64,000 nucleotides of DNA, taken from Microscilla marina ATCC 23134 (GTDB lineage Bacteria > Bacteroidota > Bacteroidia > Cytophagales > Microscillaceae). The notes beneath the pieces were generated by a model. It saw only the letters and a program-made list of their open reading frames with translations. It was not told where the DNA came from and searched no databases. The stretch spans positions 199,192 to 263,191 of the forward strand of contig NZ_AAWS01000006.1 of assembly GCF_000169175.1 (NCBI RefSeq), given 5' to 3'. The position numbers and the translations under genes are program-made. This document shows, in pieces, positions 38,412-49,700 of this stretch (the stretch's first letter is position 1; the number at the start of each line of letters is the position of its first letter).

Positions 38412-41400
38412 TTATTTAATGGTATCAACCAAACCAGTAGATAAAGCCCGCCAAAGTATACCAATAAAACCGTTTTTGTATTCCCCTTTTTTTCTAAATT
38501 GATACCTTACCTTACCTTTTTTATATCGTTTTTTTGTAAGATTATTGGTGTGTTTGATAATCAGGTTGGCAATAAAAGTAATGAACCCACGTTTTCGCTG
38601 ATGATTTTTCTTACGTAATACCTGTATCCTTAATTTGCGGTATCCCGCCAGTAGTTGACCAGTAGCCCAATTATCTTTAATAACTACTCGAAACTTCACT
38701 TTACGAATTCGCCCTCGTTTTATAAAAATATGGTCATTGGCTGTAATCATCGTATTAAAAAACTTTGCGTCCATCTCTCCCATTTGCCCCCGGTAGACAC
38801 ATTTAAACTCTGGATCTAATAATGGAAGCTTAATGGTCGTTTCTAAGAAACCTCTGCCCATCAAACGAGTGTTTGCCCTGATAGTAGTCATGGTATTTTT
38901 GGAACCTCTTGACTTTAAGTTGGTAACCCTGGCATTAATTGCTGAGAAAAAAACTTGCCCAAAACCTATTCCGCCAGGCACTTTTTCGCCATACATTACA
39001 AAAGAGTTAGCCATTTTGACTGTATCCACTGTCAATAAGAATGGTATTCTCTTTATTTGTTGATTGGGCATGAGTACTTTGCGTGGATTGGGAGGCTCAC
39101 GACGATCACGAAAAATGTCCATAAACATTCGTTTAATATTAACCGACTGTATTTTCACTTGTCCATGGCGAATTAAATGATTGTATGCTATATTGTTAAA
39201 TTCGACTTGATCAGTATTGATTTTAAAGCGGTCTTGTTGTACTTGGTAGTGGTCTTTAAACTCTTGTTCTGTAAGTGGTGATTTCAGTGTGATTTTATCT
39301 AATATTAGGTTTTTCTTGAAAGTAGATCCACTAATTTGTTTTGCACTGATGTTGTAGACCTCATTGGGAGTTTTTGTACGATAGTTATTTAATTTGAATG
39401 CTACATCATCTGCAAACAATACTTTTTGAATTGCTGGGTTGTTTCTCAACGCTTTATTTACCCCAAAGTTTCGTATTTCCAAAGATATGCTATCTGCCTG
39501 ATGCCGTAAGATTTTATCCTTTTTAATCAATCGTAAGTTTACTGATGAATTGCGTAATGTAAATGAATCAATAGAAATAAAAAACGGAATTTGAGCAATG
39601 AGTTGCTGTAAGTTTTTGGGTTTTACACCGGCTTTTCTGGGTAGGTTATTATTTTGATACAAATCTAAGTGTAACTTGTTGAGCATCAATTGTTTCATAG
39701 CAATACCTTCTCCATCAAAAAGGCGACGAAAATCAATGTGTTTGGCATGAAAAGTGGCCAGTTCAGCATCAGTACGTAGTGCTCTAGATTGTTTGATACT
39801 ATCAAACAACGCCTCAGATACCCTGGGCTTCATGCTTAAATGATTGATTTGTAATGATGAATCGTTGAGAGCTGCTTTCATATTATGGAAGGAAATCTCG
39901 TGGATGTTATCTGGTGTAATAAAACGGTATTGAGACATTTTTACAAATATGTCCTTGGTAAACAACAAATCTTTTGATTTACTGCGCACTATCAAGTCTT
40001 CATCCAGTGTAAACTGCTGGGCAATCACACTAATATCTTGCGCCAAGTGATGACTCTCCCCCATTTTGCCTAACTCCCTCATTTTGAAATTGGCATGATA
40101 AATCAATACTGAGCCTATATGTACTGGAACAGGTGTTTTTTGTAATGTTTCATGGATAGTTTTGCGCACTTTAGTCGTATCTTTTGTCTTTAGTTTGTTT
40201 ACATACATATCTATATTTGGGCGGTCAAAGCTTAAGGCATTCAAGTCTATTTTGCGCTCAAATATCAGTTTTTCCAAGTCTATTTCACGCGCACGAATGC
40301 TTCTTAGATCAATTGTCCACAAAGGTTTGCGAAACTTTTGTCGTTGGTCAAACTCCTTTTGAGTTATCAAAGGCTGTAAGCGCACATCTTTTATTAAAAG
40401 CTGAGAATCAATAAACGAGCTTTGCACATTTTTTAGAGAAAACTTATAAACACTGTTTTTTTCTCTAAATTCATAATCATCCAGTTTTACTACAATATGA
40501 GGTGAATAAAAATCATACTGAATAGAATCCTTTACCGATGCTTTACCCAACCTGATTTGTGGAATCATACAATTAAATTGCTTGACCTGATGAGAGTTTA
40601 CACCAGTAGCATGTTCTGACGCATCTTCTATCTGCTCACGGTACGACAAACGGGCATCTTTGATAGCAAATGTGTCTATTTTGATAAATAAAGGTAGGTT
40701 TCTTAATGCTTTTTGCAAACTAGTTGTATCCAATATTGCAAGTGTATTAGTCAGCAAAGTAGTATCTGGTGGGTCAAGTTTTGGTGCTGGTTTTTTGGGT
40801 TTACGTTTGTCCACAAACACATCCAATATTGGTTGGTTCAGGTACAATTTTCCCCAATCAATTTGCTGGTAAAGCAATAACTTATCAAAATTAACCTCTT
40901 TGGCCTTTAGGTTTGACAAAGCAATGCTTAATAAAGGCTTGCGATAAGTAGTAGCATGTACAAATGCAGAGTCAGACAATAATGGTTTGAGTAACAAACT
41001 ATCTATTTCTATTTGTGCCTTGGCTGATGACACCTCCAAATCATTAAAGTGCAACTCATACAGCCCATCGGAGGTTTTGAAACGATAGTTTTTTACACCT
41101 ACACGCAGACTTTTAGTGTCTAGTTCTGCCAATGCTGAACTTCTCAAGGCTTTGCCTAACTGAATGCTTTGTACCAGTACATTCAACTGGTTGGCAGTAT
41201 GTGTTGCTAAGCCGTTTCCTGTCAAAGCATCTTTAGGTTGTTGTTCTACATACTCTAATGAAGCATCTTTAATAGCAAATGTGTCTACCTCTATGTGTAA
41301 AGGCAATGACTGAAGCATTTGCTCAAAGTTTTGGTATTTTTGCTGGGGACGTTTGGGGCGCCGCTTATCTGAGTAAGCTTTAAAGCGAGGCTTGTTGATA

Positions 41401-42989
41401 TATAGCCCTCTCATAATGAACCTCTGATGGTAAACCAGACTTTCAATGTCGAGATTGGTAAAGTTTAAACTCTGTACTTCGGCGTCTACCATTACTGCTT
41501 GGTAAAACTTTCGAGTTGTAAACTCTTGACGGGAAGTTAACGGTTTTAAGGAGGCATTTTGAATAGACACTAACGACTTGCGTGAAGAAAAAAAGGCTTT
41601 ATCAAGCGATATTTTATACAAGCCATCAGGAGTCAAATGCTGGTAATGATGCATTTCAATATCAACACTTTCTGAGTACAACAGCTTTTTTTTGGTAGCA
41701 GAGTCTGCTGCTTTGCCCAAAGCCACTTGCCGTAAATATAAGTAAATACTATCGGCCTTATGAGCTACATTGTGAGTATTGTTTTGTGCGGGTAATTTTT
41801 GTTTGTAAACAAAAGAGGCATTTTCCAGAGCCAAGGTATCTACTCGGATATATATTGGTATCTTGGCTAATAACTGTTTCAAGTTTTGCTTTTTCTGACG
41901 AATTTGGTGAGGCATTCGCTTGTCTTGAGAAAGTTCAAGCTGTAAACGGCGCATAAATACTGCTCCCAAATCAATCTCTTTTTGGGTAATCAAACGAAAA
42001 AAATCCACCCGGTTTGCCATCAAACTATCCAACCTTACATTCACAAAGGTTGCTTTATGAGTTTTTAAGTTAACTAATCGGTTTTCTTCAGCAAACTGAG
42101 GAGTAACTTGCACACCAACAAGTTGCAGGGTTGAATCGTGCGAACTTAGTTTGAGCTGTTGTAATGCTATTTCATATACTTGATCTGGTGTGGTAAATCG
42201 ATATTTGGTTGCACGAAAACTAAATCCAGCTACTTTGATGGCTTGACTATCAGGTAACTGTGGTGTAGGATTCAAGCGTATTTGATCAATCTGAATATCA
42301 ATCTTAGTAGCCTGATGTCGTGCTGTCCCCTTTCGTTGTTTATGCAGCAAGTCAATTTGCCCATCTTCTATCTTTATTTGTTCTACAACTACATGAGTAG
42401 CCATTTTTCGAAGGGCTTTTTTCAATGCGTGCACAGGTTTGAGAGGAGGTTTTTTGTACCGTGCTTTTTTCTTTGGCTTACCGCGAAGCTTGATCTTGGG
42501 TCGCTGAAATATAATTTTCTTTATTTTTATTTCGCTGGTTTTTAAAAAATGAAACCAGCGAATACCTGTAATCTTAAACTTATCTAAACGAGCATCTATA
42601 TCCAAATAAGTAGAATCAGGATAACGCTGCCGAAACCTCGCCCATTTATCACTATTTTTATATAGGTGTGCTTGTTTTAATTGAATCGATGAAGTGAATA
42701 GGTTGACCCCAATATCGTGTATTTTTAGTGTATAAAGACTATCCGTTTTTACACTTACCAGACGAACCATCTCTTTACGTAAATAAGCATTAAAGTAAAA
42801 ATAAGCGATTAAGTAGATGATGCCTAACAAAACCCCTAGTGTAAAGAACAACCGCCCGAAAAAACGAAACCAAGAGAATTTTCTTTTACGCTTTTTATGT
42901 TGTTGCGCTTCCTTGCCTTGTTTTTCAGTCTCCTTGCTTATATTTTTATCCGACAACTTTCGCTGAGGGTCAGTGTTTTCCAGAGACAT
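38412..42989 (-). CDS. Giant AsmA/TamB-like membrane-anchored protein (1525 aa)
   Basis: N-terminal K/R-rich segment followed by one TM helix (FFTLGVLLGIIYLIAYFYF). The body is long, repetitive and beta-rich, with recurring L..D.F.IK.A/G..Y blocks. The C-terminus is basic. Confidence 0.5.
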   Translation of the reverse strand: MSLENTDPQRKLSDKNISKETEKQGKEAQQHKKRKRKFSWFRFFGRLFFTLGVLLGIIYLIAYFYFNAYLRKEMVRLVSVKTDSLYTLKIHDIGVNLFTSSIQLKQAHLYKNSDKWARFRQRYPDSTYLDIDARLDKFKITGIRWFHFLKTSEIKIKKIIFQRPKIKLRGKPKKKARYKKPPLKPVHALKKALRKMATHVVVEQIKIEDGQIDLLHKQRKGTARHQATKIDIQIDQIRLNPTPQLPDSQAIKVAGFSFRATKYRFTTPDQVYEIALQQLKLSSHDSTLQLVGVQVTPQFAEENRLVNLKTHKATFVNVRLDSLMANRVDFFRLITQKEIDLGAVFMRRLQLELSQDKRMPHQIRQKKQNLKQLLAKIPIYIRVDTLALENASFVYKQKLPAQNNTHNVAHKADSIYLYLRQVALGKAADSATKKKLLYSESVDIEMHHYQHLTPDGLYKISLDKAFFSSRKSLVSIQNASLKPLTSRQEFTTRKFYQAVMVDAEVQSLNFTNLDIESLVYHQRFIMRGLYINKPRFKAYSDKRRPKRPQQKYQNFEQMLQSLPLHIEVDTFAIKDASLEYVEQQPKDALTGNGLATHTANQLNVLVQSIQLGKALRSSALAELDTKSLRVGVKNYRFKTSDGLYELHFNDLEVSSAKAQIEIDSLLLKPLLSDSAFVHATTYRKPLLSIALSNLKAKEVNFDKLLLYQQIDWGKLYLNQPILDVFVDKRKPKKPAPKLDPPDTTLLTNTLAILDTTSLQKALRNLPLFIKIDTFAIKDARLSYREQIEDASEHATGVNSHQVKQFNCMIPQIRLGKASVKDSIQYDFYSPHIVVKLDDYEFREKNSVYKFSLKNVQSSFIDSQLLIKDVRLQPLITQKEFDQRQKFRKPLWTIDLRSIRAREIDLEKLIFERKIDLNALSFDRPNIDMYVNKLKTKDTTKVRKTIHETLQKTPVPVHIGSVLIYHANFKMRELGKMGESHHLAQDISVIAQQFTLDEDLIVRSKSKDLLFTKDIFVKMSQYRFITPDNIHEISFHNMKAALNDSSLQINHLSMKPRVSEALFDSIKQSRALRTDAELATFHAKHIDFRRLFDGEGIAMKQLMLNKLHLDLYQNNNLPRKAGVKPKNLQQLIAQIPFFISIDSFTLRNSSVNLRLIKKDKILRHQADSISLEIRNFGVNKALRNNPAIQKVLFADDVAFKLNNYRTKTPNEVYNISAKQISGSTFKKNLILDKITLKSPLTEQEFKDHYQVQQDRFKINTDQVEFNNIAYNHLIRHGQVKIQSVNIKRMFMDIFRDRREPPNPRKVLMPNQQIKRIPFLLTVDTVKMANSFVMYGEKVPGGIGFGQVFFSAINARVTNLKSRGSKNTMTTIRANTRLMGRGFLETTIKLPLLDPEFKCVYRGQMGEMDAKFFNTMITANDHIFIKRGRIRKVKFRVVIKDNWATGQLLAGYRKLRIQVLRKKNHQRKRGFITFIANLIIKHTNNLTKKRYKKGKVRYQFRKKGEYKNGFIGILWRALSTGLVDTIK

Positions 42990-43125
42990 GGGTATGATGA
43001 TTTTACTTTGGGGTACTTACTAATGTACCAGACTTCTAAAAATACTAAAAAAAAAGGGGAATCAAAAGAGGGTTGTTTTATACAAACAGTTGACTTTGTC
43101 TAAAGCAAAAACTGCCAGTTAGCAT

Positions 43126-43707
43126 TTAACTGGCAGCTTTTGTTTTTTGTTGTATTTCTTGTACTGCTTCTTGTCTTTCTTTTTTTCGGATAGCTTCCCG
43201 CTGTAAATATCGTTCTATCAAGTACTCAATGGGTTTGAGTAACAATGCTATAAAACCTTTGAATGCAAAACTAATCCAATTTGCGTGGTAATCAGCTTTT
43301 CGTGCTTGCTCTTCAATGATAGGCTCAAGCAAGCCTTCAGATAAGATGAATAAAAGCATGGCTGCTATAATGGTGATGGTAGCAGCTCTTCTACTTAACT
43401 TAGTTTTAGTAAGCTCATCTATAGTGTTTTGTAAAACAAGATTTTGTTCATTGAGTTGGTCATTGATCGTTTTTATTTCTTCTGAACGCTCATGAAGTAC
43501 ATCATTGGCTCGGTTTAGTTTGTTTTGTAAACGATCACTAATATTAGTTATTACTCTTGTGTCTCCTAGTAGGCTTTCATAATGTGTACAAAGTTCCACA
43601 AAATTTTCTTTTGAGACTACATCAGAGTCACCAGTTTGTTCAAGGATTTCTTTTGCTTGATTAAGTGCTTTTAATTCTCTTATAAAAACATTAGAGGAAT
43701 TAGCCAT
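43126..43707 (-). CDS. Coiled-coil protein with C-terminal TM helix
   Basis: 193 aa, last gene of the siaB/siaC-like operon. Confidence 0.5.
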   Translation of the reverse strand: MANSSNVFIRELKALNQAKEILEQTGDSDVVSKENFVELCTHYESLLGDTRVITNISDRLQNKLNRANDVLHERSEEIKTINDQLNEQNLVLQNTIDELTKTKLSRRAATITIIAAMLLFILSEGLLEPIIEEQARKADYHANWISFAFKGFIALLLKPIEYLIERYLQREAIRKKERQEAVQEIQQKTKAAS

Positions 43708-43742
43708 GTTGAATATTTTCCCTGTCTAAACTTGTGCATTTT

Positions 43743-44117
43743 TTATTTCATAACTAATTCAATGTCAAGATTTATTAGTGATTTGAAATCGTTCCCAGAC
43801 TCTTCCATATCTTCATCTCCTTCATCGAAGTACCACTTAATTTCAGTAGCGTTATTCGTATCTTTAAGTGTTTCAAGTTTTCGCAACAAATCCAAAATAC
43901 ACTTGGAAGAACTCGTATTGAAGTATTCCAAATTAAAGATCACAGTAGTGTTATCTTTAGGACTTTGAACGTAGTTGTCAACCCAGTCGAATAGAGGCTT
44001 GTAAAATGTAATTGAATTTTCAGGAATAGATCTTCCTGAGATTTCTAATTTACCTGCCTGGGAATCAAATGAAACGTATGGGGTTCGACCTGTCCCTTCT
44101 AAAACAATGTTTTCCAT
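43743..44117 (-). CDS. DUF1987 / SiaC-like partner-switch protein
   Basis: 124 aa and acidic. Its size and its position next to a SiaB-like kinase support the call. Confidence 0.5.
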   Translation of the reverse strand: MENIVLEGTGRTPYVSFDSQAGKLEISGRSIPENSITFYKPLFDWVDNYVQSPKDNTTVIFNLEYFNTSSSKCILDLLRKLETLKDTNNATEIKWYFDEGDEDMEESGNDFKSLINLDIELVMK

Positions 44118-44138
44118 TTATTTAAAATGAAATCAGAT

Positions 44139-44678
44139 TTATGCTAATACTTTTACTTGTAAACTATAGAAACAATGGCTTTCGCTTACAGAATCAAAAC
44201 TGTAGTCGATTTTCTGTCCGGATTTTCGAGCCATGTCGATAATACCCAGACCAGCTCCACCGCTTCCTGTAAATTCTTCTTCATTTAGTACTTCCTTGTA
44301 AAACGCTTTCAGTTCCACAGGGGACAATGCATTTACTTTATTCAGCTTGTTTCTCAACTGAGGTACCTCCGTGTTAGACATATAGTTGCCTGTTACAATA
44401 TGGTACGCATTATCAGTTTTTTTAATCATTAAGATCGCTGAATGATAGCGTTCATTGTCAAATTCTTTCTCTTGATAATAGTTGTAAACATTTTGAAGAC
44501 ATTCTAAAAGAATAGAAAAAACTTTTCTTTTAGTTTTTATAGCTTCGCTTTTTCGTTCTAACTTATCATCTATCAACTGTAAAATGGAGGTAAGCAAATT
44601 ATTAGTAATTTCCCCTTTGAAGTAGAGAATAATGCTTTCATCTCGCATTTTTTTGAAGTATTGATATACATCAAGCAT
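44139..44678 (-). CDS. SiaB-like GHKL-type Ser/Thr protein kinase (RsbW/SpoIIAB-like fold)
   Basis: 179 aa with the G2-box GSGGAGLGI of HATPase_c anti-sigma-kinase-like proteins. Confidence 0.55.
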   Translation of the reverse strand: MLDVYQYFKKMRDESIILYFKGEITNNLLTSILQLIDDKLERKSEAIKTKRKVFSILLECLQNVYNYYQEKEFDNERYHSAILMIKKTDNAYHIVTGNYMSNTEVPQLRNKLNKVNALSPVELKAFYKEVLNEEEFTGSGGAGLGIIDMARKSGQKIDYSFDSVSESHCFYSLQVKVLA

Positions 44679-45034
44679 TTTTCATTCAAATTAAGATGAT
44701 ATGACGTTTTTTAAAAACTAAAGACAAACAAATCTACAAAATATTTACAAGTTTTATGCAAATTATAAGGCTATACATATAAAACCTGGTTTGATTATTC
44801 AATAAACTCAAGATTTGTGTGTAGTCCAAGCTATAATACAAGTTATAGTTTGAATTTGCAAATAATTACAACACTCAAGAAATATTTCGCATTGTTAATC
44901 ATGTCTTTATGTTATAAAAATACAGTTCAAAATATGAACCAAAAATTTTTATAGATAAATATATCTTTTCACCAAAACATGATTCAATTAGTATCCAAGT
45001 TTAAAAAAATAAAAGTAAACTAACAAAGTATGAA

Positions 45035-45361
45035 TCAATTATCTGAGTAATTTACGTGTGGTAATTGATATTTTTCGGGTGTACTTATTACAATATCGCC
45101 CGAAGCGACACACTGACAAGCAAGTCTTTGGTTTGAATTTAACCTGCCCAGGTTTTTGAATTTTTCTTCGGCAGCTGTCAATACATTCAGGTATTGTGTA
45201 CCATTGTGGACCACCATCGCACAAGTAGTACAGCGCCCTTTGCCCCCACAGGCTTGCATCCAATCTATGTAAGCCTCCCCCAAATGCTGTAAAACAGACT
45301 TATTAGGGTCATAAAGATCAACTTCTTGGTTATTTAGGTTTTTTATGGTTATTTTAGGCAT
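45035..45361 (-). CDS. [2Fe-2S] ferredoxin (adrenodoxin/Fdx type)
   Basis: Cysteine ligand pattern CGGKGRCTTC plus a distal C in CQC. Confidence 0.75.
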   Translation of the reverse strand: MPKITIKNLNNQEVDLYDPNKSVLQHLGEAYIDWMQACGGKGRCTTCAMVVHNGTQYLNVLTAAEEKFKNLGRLNSNQRLACQCVASGDIVISTPEKYQLPHVNYSDN

Positions 45362-45529
45362 GTCACATATATCGTTTTGGTATATAATTTTACATTCTAT
45401 ATAATCTAATACACAAAGGTTTAGTTTTATTTATCTAAAAACTAAATGCTTTTATATTAGATTTAAACAAATGTTGTTTGATTTCGGTATTATCTGAGAT
45501 ACAGAAGGATTTCTTAAAAAAATTGCACA

Positions 45530-46606
45530 ATGGAGCATAAGACAAAACCTATAAACCAATCGGTGTTGATGCAATACAGCCGTTCGTTTGCACAAAAACT
45601 ATCTGATTATTTTTTCATTGATCACCAGGTAATAGAAGGAGAAGATATACTGAAATTTTGTGATATCAAACAAGTAAACCTATTGGTGATAAAGCTTTTG
45701 TTTGAGAAATGGCAGGAAGAAACTCAAAAGCTTAAAAACCCTTATTTTAACTATGAGCATCCTGATGTAAAAAAGGCGCTGAATACCTTTATGAATATTT
45801 TATCTCAGCATATATCTATCCGCAAGGATGATTTTTATGTGTTGGTATATGAAGCTACCAAAGATGCGTTGATGTTGGCACTTGACCCTCATCATTACTT
45901 TATTACAGAATTTAAAAAGCCTGTCAATGCCAGGATGTCGGTGCAAAAACTCAAAGAATCGGCACGTTACATTCAGTTCAATAAATTTTTAATTCAAGCT
46001 TTTATTACCCGTGTAGAAGGTATGGGTATTTCAGAGCTATTTCCGGCCGATGCCATTGCCATGTTTGAGGAAGTATTTGCTCAACAACAAGAGCATATAG
46101 AACCTATGGACTGGCGTTTGAAGAGCTTTTCAGACTTATTACCGTTAGACACTGATGCACTGTTTTCGGAGGAGGTAATTCCGGCAACCCCTGTATCTAC
46201 TGAATCGCCAGTAAATTTTCAGCCCGAATCTTATGAACGTACCGATTTTGGGTTCAGTACTCCTAATTTGAGCGAGACTGCTATGGAAGCTGTAATTGAT
46301 GAACGTAATACGCTCAACGAAAAACACCGCAGTGACAATACCCCACTGGTAGAAGAATTTAAGAATGCACGCATTGATAACCTGAGGGCAGCAATTCCTT
46401 TGAATCAGAAATTTCTATTTATCAACCAACTATTCAAAGGCAATAGTATGGCTTTTAATGAAACCATTGATCGGGTAGAGTTATGCAACTCTTATGATGA
46501 GGCTCGTACATTAGTAAAAAACGAATATGCGGTGCAGTTTGATTGGAACCTGGAAGACGATGTAGTGGCCAAGTTTTTTGATATTATCAAGCGTAGGTTT
46601 GAGTAA
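45530..46606 (+). CDS. Hypothetical protein
   Basis: 358-aa ORF with no motif recognised. Confidence 0.45.
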   Translation: MEHKTKPINQSVLMQYSRSFAQKLSDYFFIDHQVIEGEDILKFCDIKQVNLLVIKLLFEKWQEETQKLKNPYFNYEHPDVKKALNTFMNILSQHISIRKDDFYVLVYEATKDALMLALDPHHYFITEFKKPVNARMSVQKLKESARYIQFNKFLIQAFITRVEGMGISELFPADAIAMFEEVFAQQQEHIEPMDWRLKSFSDLLPLDTDALFSEEVIPATPVSTESPVNFQPESYERTDFGFSTPNLSETAMEAVIDERNTLNEKHRSDNTPLVEEFKNARIDNLRAAIPLNQKFLFINQLFKGNSMAFNETIDRVELCNSYDEARTLVKNEYAVQFDWNLEDDVVAKFFDIIKRRFE

Positions 46607-46629
46607 CCACTCTTTAAACCATTGTTACA

Positions 46630-46672
46630 AAAAATCCCCAATGTCTGAACAGACATTGGGGATTTTGATTTT
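46630..46672. terminator. Bidirectional terminator AATCCCCAATGTCTG-aa-CAGACATTGGGGATT
   Basis: A 15-bp perfect stem with T-rich flanks on both strands, between convergent genes. Confidence 0.8.
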
Positions 46673-46776
46673 AGTATATAACTTCTATCTACCGATTTTA
46701 TAGAAAGCTGATTTTTAGCGATTTATAAAATCAGTAATAGGCTTGAAGAGCGACCCAAAGCTTGAGGCTGTAAAAG

Positions 46777-49700
46777 CTATGCCGTAACAGTAGGGCTTTC
46801 GCTCTCACTTTTTTTATCTGATATGTGTTCTTCTTTCACTTTTTTACCCCCCAACCCAAATAGACGTCTGAGGCTGAACTTAAGCCTGTCTGTCAATAAA
46901 TACATTACAGGTACAATTACCAAAGTAAGGAAGGTGGCAAAGGTTAAACCAAAAATTACTGTCCAAGACATTGGACCCCAGAAAGCAGTGTTACTACCAC
47001 CAAAGTAAATGTTTGGCTTAAATTCAGTGATATACCCAAAGAAGTCGATGTTGAAACCTACCGCCAATGGGATCAGGCCTAATACTGTGGTAATAGCTGT
47101 AAGCAATACGGGGCGTAAACGTTTTTTACCAGCCTCAGCAATGCATTGCAAAAACTCTGAATTAGGTAGATGATCTTCTTCGTCCATCCCAAGTTCTGCT
47201 TTACGACGGTTACGTAGCAGGTTGGTGTAGTCAATCAATACAATGGCGTTGTTTACTACTACCCCCGCCAATGAAATAATACCAATACCTGTCATTAAGA
47301 TTACAAACTCCATACGGAATATTACCAAGCCTAAGAACACCCCAATGGTACTAAACAATACCGATGACATAATTACCAATGGTGCCGATAAAGAGTTGAA
47401 CTGGGTTACAATAATTAGAAATACACCAAATACCGCAAGTAAAAGTGCCATCATCAAAAATTCCGCTGATTTTTGTTGCTCTTCCTGCTCTCCGGTAAAC
47501 TTAGGTCTATCAATGCCATCAGGAATATCATAATCGCTGATCAACCCTTTCATAGTAGCTACTATCTCATTGGCATTGTATCCTTCCTTTACGTTTGAAA
47601 AGATAGTGATCACCCTGTCCAGGTCTTTACGTTTTACTGAACCTAGCGAAGACGTATCATTCACCGAAGCAACTGAACTTATCGGGATTTGTCTTATTTG
47701 TCCTTTATTATTTCTAAATGTAATAGATTTATTAAGTAATGCTCCCAAATCGTAACGTTGCTCATCTTTAAGACGTACCTGAATTTTATAATCATCTTCT
47801 CCATCTTTAAACTTAGATACTTCTGCCCCAAATAACGCAGTACGTATTTCACTGGCAATGGCGTTGGTAGACAAGCCGATGCTTCGAGCTTTTTCACGAT
47901 CAATATTTACTAGCAATTCTGGTTTACCTGTTTGCAAGTCAGACTTTAATTCTTCAACTCCTGGTATATCCTGCTTGATCAGGTATTTTCTAAGTTCCTC
48001 AGAAAAATCAGCCAGCTTTGCGTAGTTTTCGCTGCTGATTTCTACGTTAATTGGTGGTCCGTTATTTGGTCCATTGGCATCCTTGCTTACGGTAATCAAT
48101 GCCCCTGGATACTTTTTCATTTCGGCACGAATTTCTTCCAAAATGTGGGATGTTTGTACCCCACGACGATCCTGGAAGTCGGCAAACGATACGGCTACTT
48201 TTGCTTTGTGAGGCAATGAACCTTGCTGAGGACCTTCGTTGGGGTCACTGGTTCCTTCGCCTACTTGAGCAATAATGGCATCTACCATAAAATCATAGGG
48301 TTTCATCAGGCTCATGATGCGATCTTCCACTTTTTTGGTAAACTCATTGGTCGTCTTTATATCGGTGCCAATTGGTTTTTGAATAAAGATATTGACATAG
48401 TTAGGTTCGTTATCAGGAAAGAAGCGGACTTTTAATCCTGATATGCCCACTAACATGATAGAGAAGACAAATAGAAATATAGTGCCTACCAATAAAATGT
48501 AGGGCATGGCACCCCCCAAAGCAAAGCGAATAATACGTGAGTAGCCGTTTTCTAAGACCACCAGTGCCTTGTTTTGGAACCAACGCGACACAGGGGTAAG
48601 TACAAACATATTGAGCAATATAAACGATCCTACAATGCCCAGCAGGTTGGTAAGGGTATAATTGCCAACAAAATAAGCGGGAATTGACAACACCACTAAA
48701 ACTATAGCAATAATTAGCCAACGTTTATTGATGTGGTTTTTGCCATCATCTAGTTTGGCAAAAATCATAGCAATTGCTGGGTTGATCACCAAAGCTACAA
48801 TGAGTGATGCAGAAAGCACTACAATCAGGGTGATAGGCAAAAAGCGCATAAACTGCCCCATAATTCCACCCCAGAAAGCTAAAGGTAAGAAGGCTATTAC
48901 TGTGGTGGCAGTAGACGCAATAATAGGCAGCGCGATCTCCCCCACTCCTTCTTTTACCGCCCGTTTAAGTGGATAACCTTCTTGCAACAAACGATAAATA
49001 TTTTCTATTACTACAATACCATTATCTACCAACATACCCAAGGCAAGAATCAATGAGAACAACACCATCATGTTCATCGTAACCCCGGCTGTACCAAGTA
49101 ATATAAAGGAGATAAACATAGATAAAGGAATGGCTATACCCACAAACAAGGCACTACGTAAACCCATAAAGAATAACAGTACTGCCACTACCAGAATTAC
49201 CCCAGAAATGATACTGTTTTGAAGGTTACTTACCATTGACTTAATATCGCGTGATTGGTCGTTGGTAATAGAAATGTCTAAGTCGGCAGGTAATTTCTTT
49301 TTATCTTGGGCATCTTTAATGATTTGTTTGATTTCATCAGCGGCAATCAACAAATTTTCTCCACTTCGCTTCGAAACGTTGAGGGTTACTACAGTATTAC
49401 CTGATGAACGGGCAAAACTCGTAGGTTCCTTATAACTATCACGTACTTGGGCAACATCTCTAAGATAAACAATGTTACCATCTTCGTTTTTGATAATTAC
49501 ATTACGAATATCATTCATCGACTCAAACTCATTGACAATCCGGATAGATTTACGAAAGTCTTCTGCCAAGAAGTCACCGCCCGAAACCGTCACGTTTTCC
49601 TGACGAATAGCATTGGCAATATCGTTGAAGTTCAACATTCGCCCTTCGAGCTTAAACAAGTCAACATCAATACGTACTTCGCGCTCTTGAATACCTTTAA

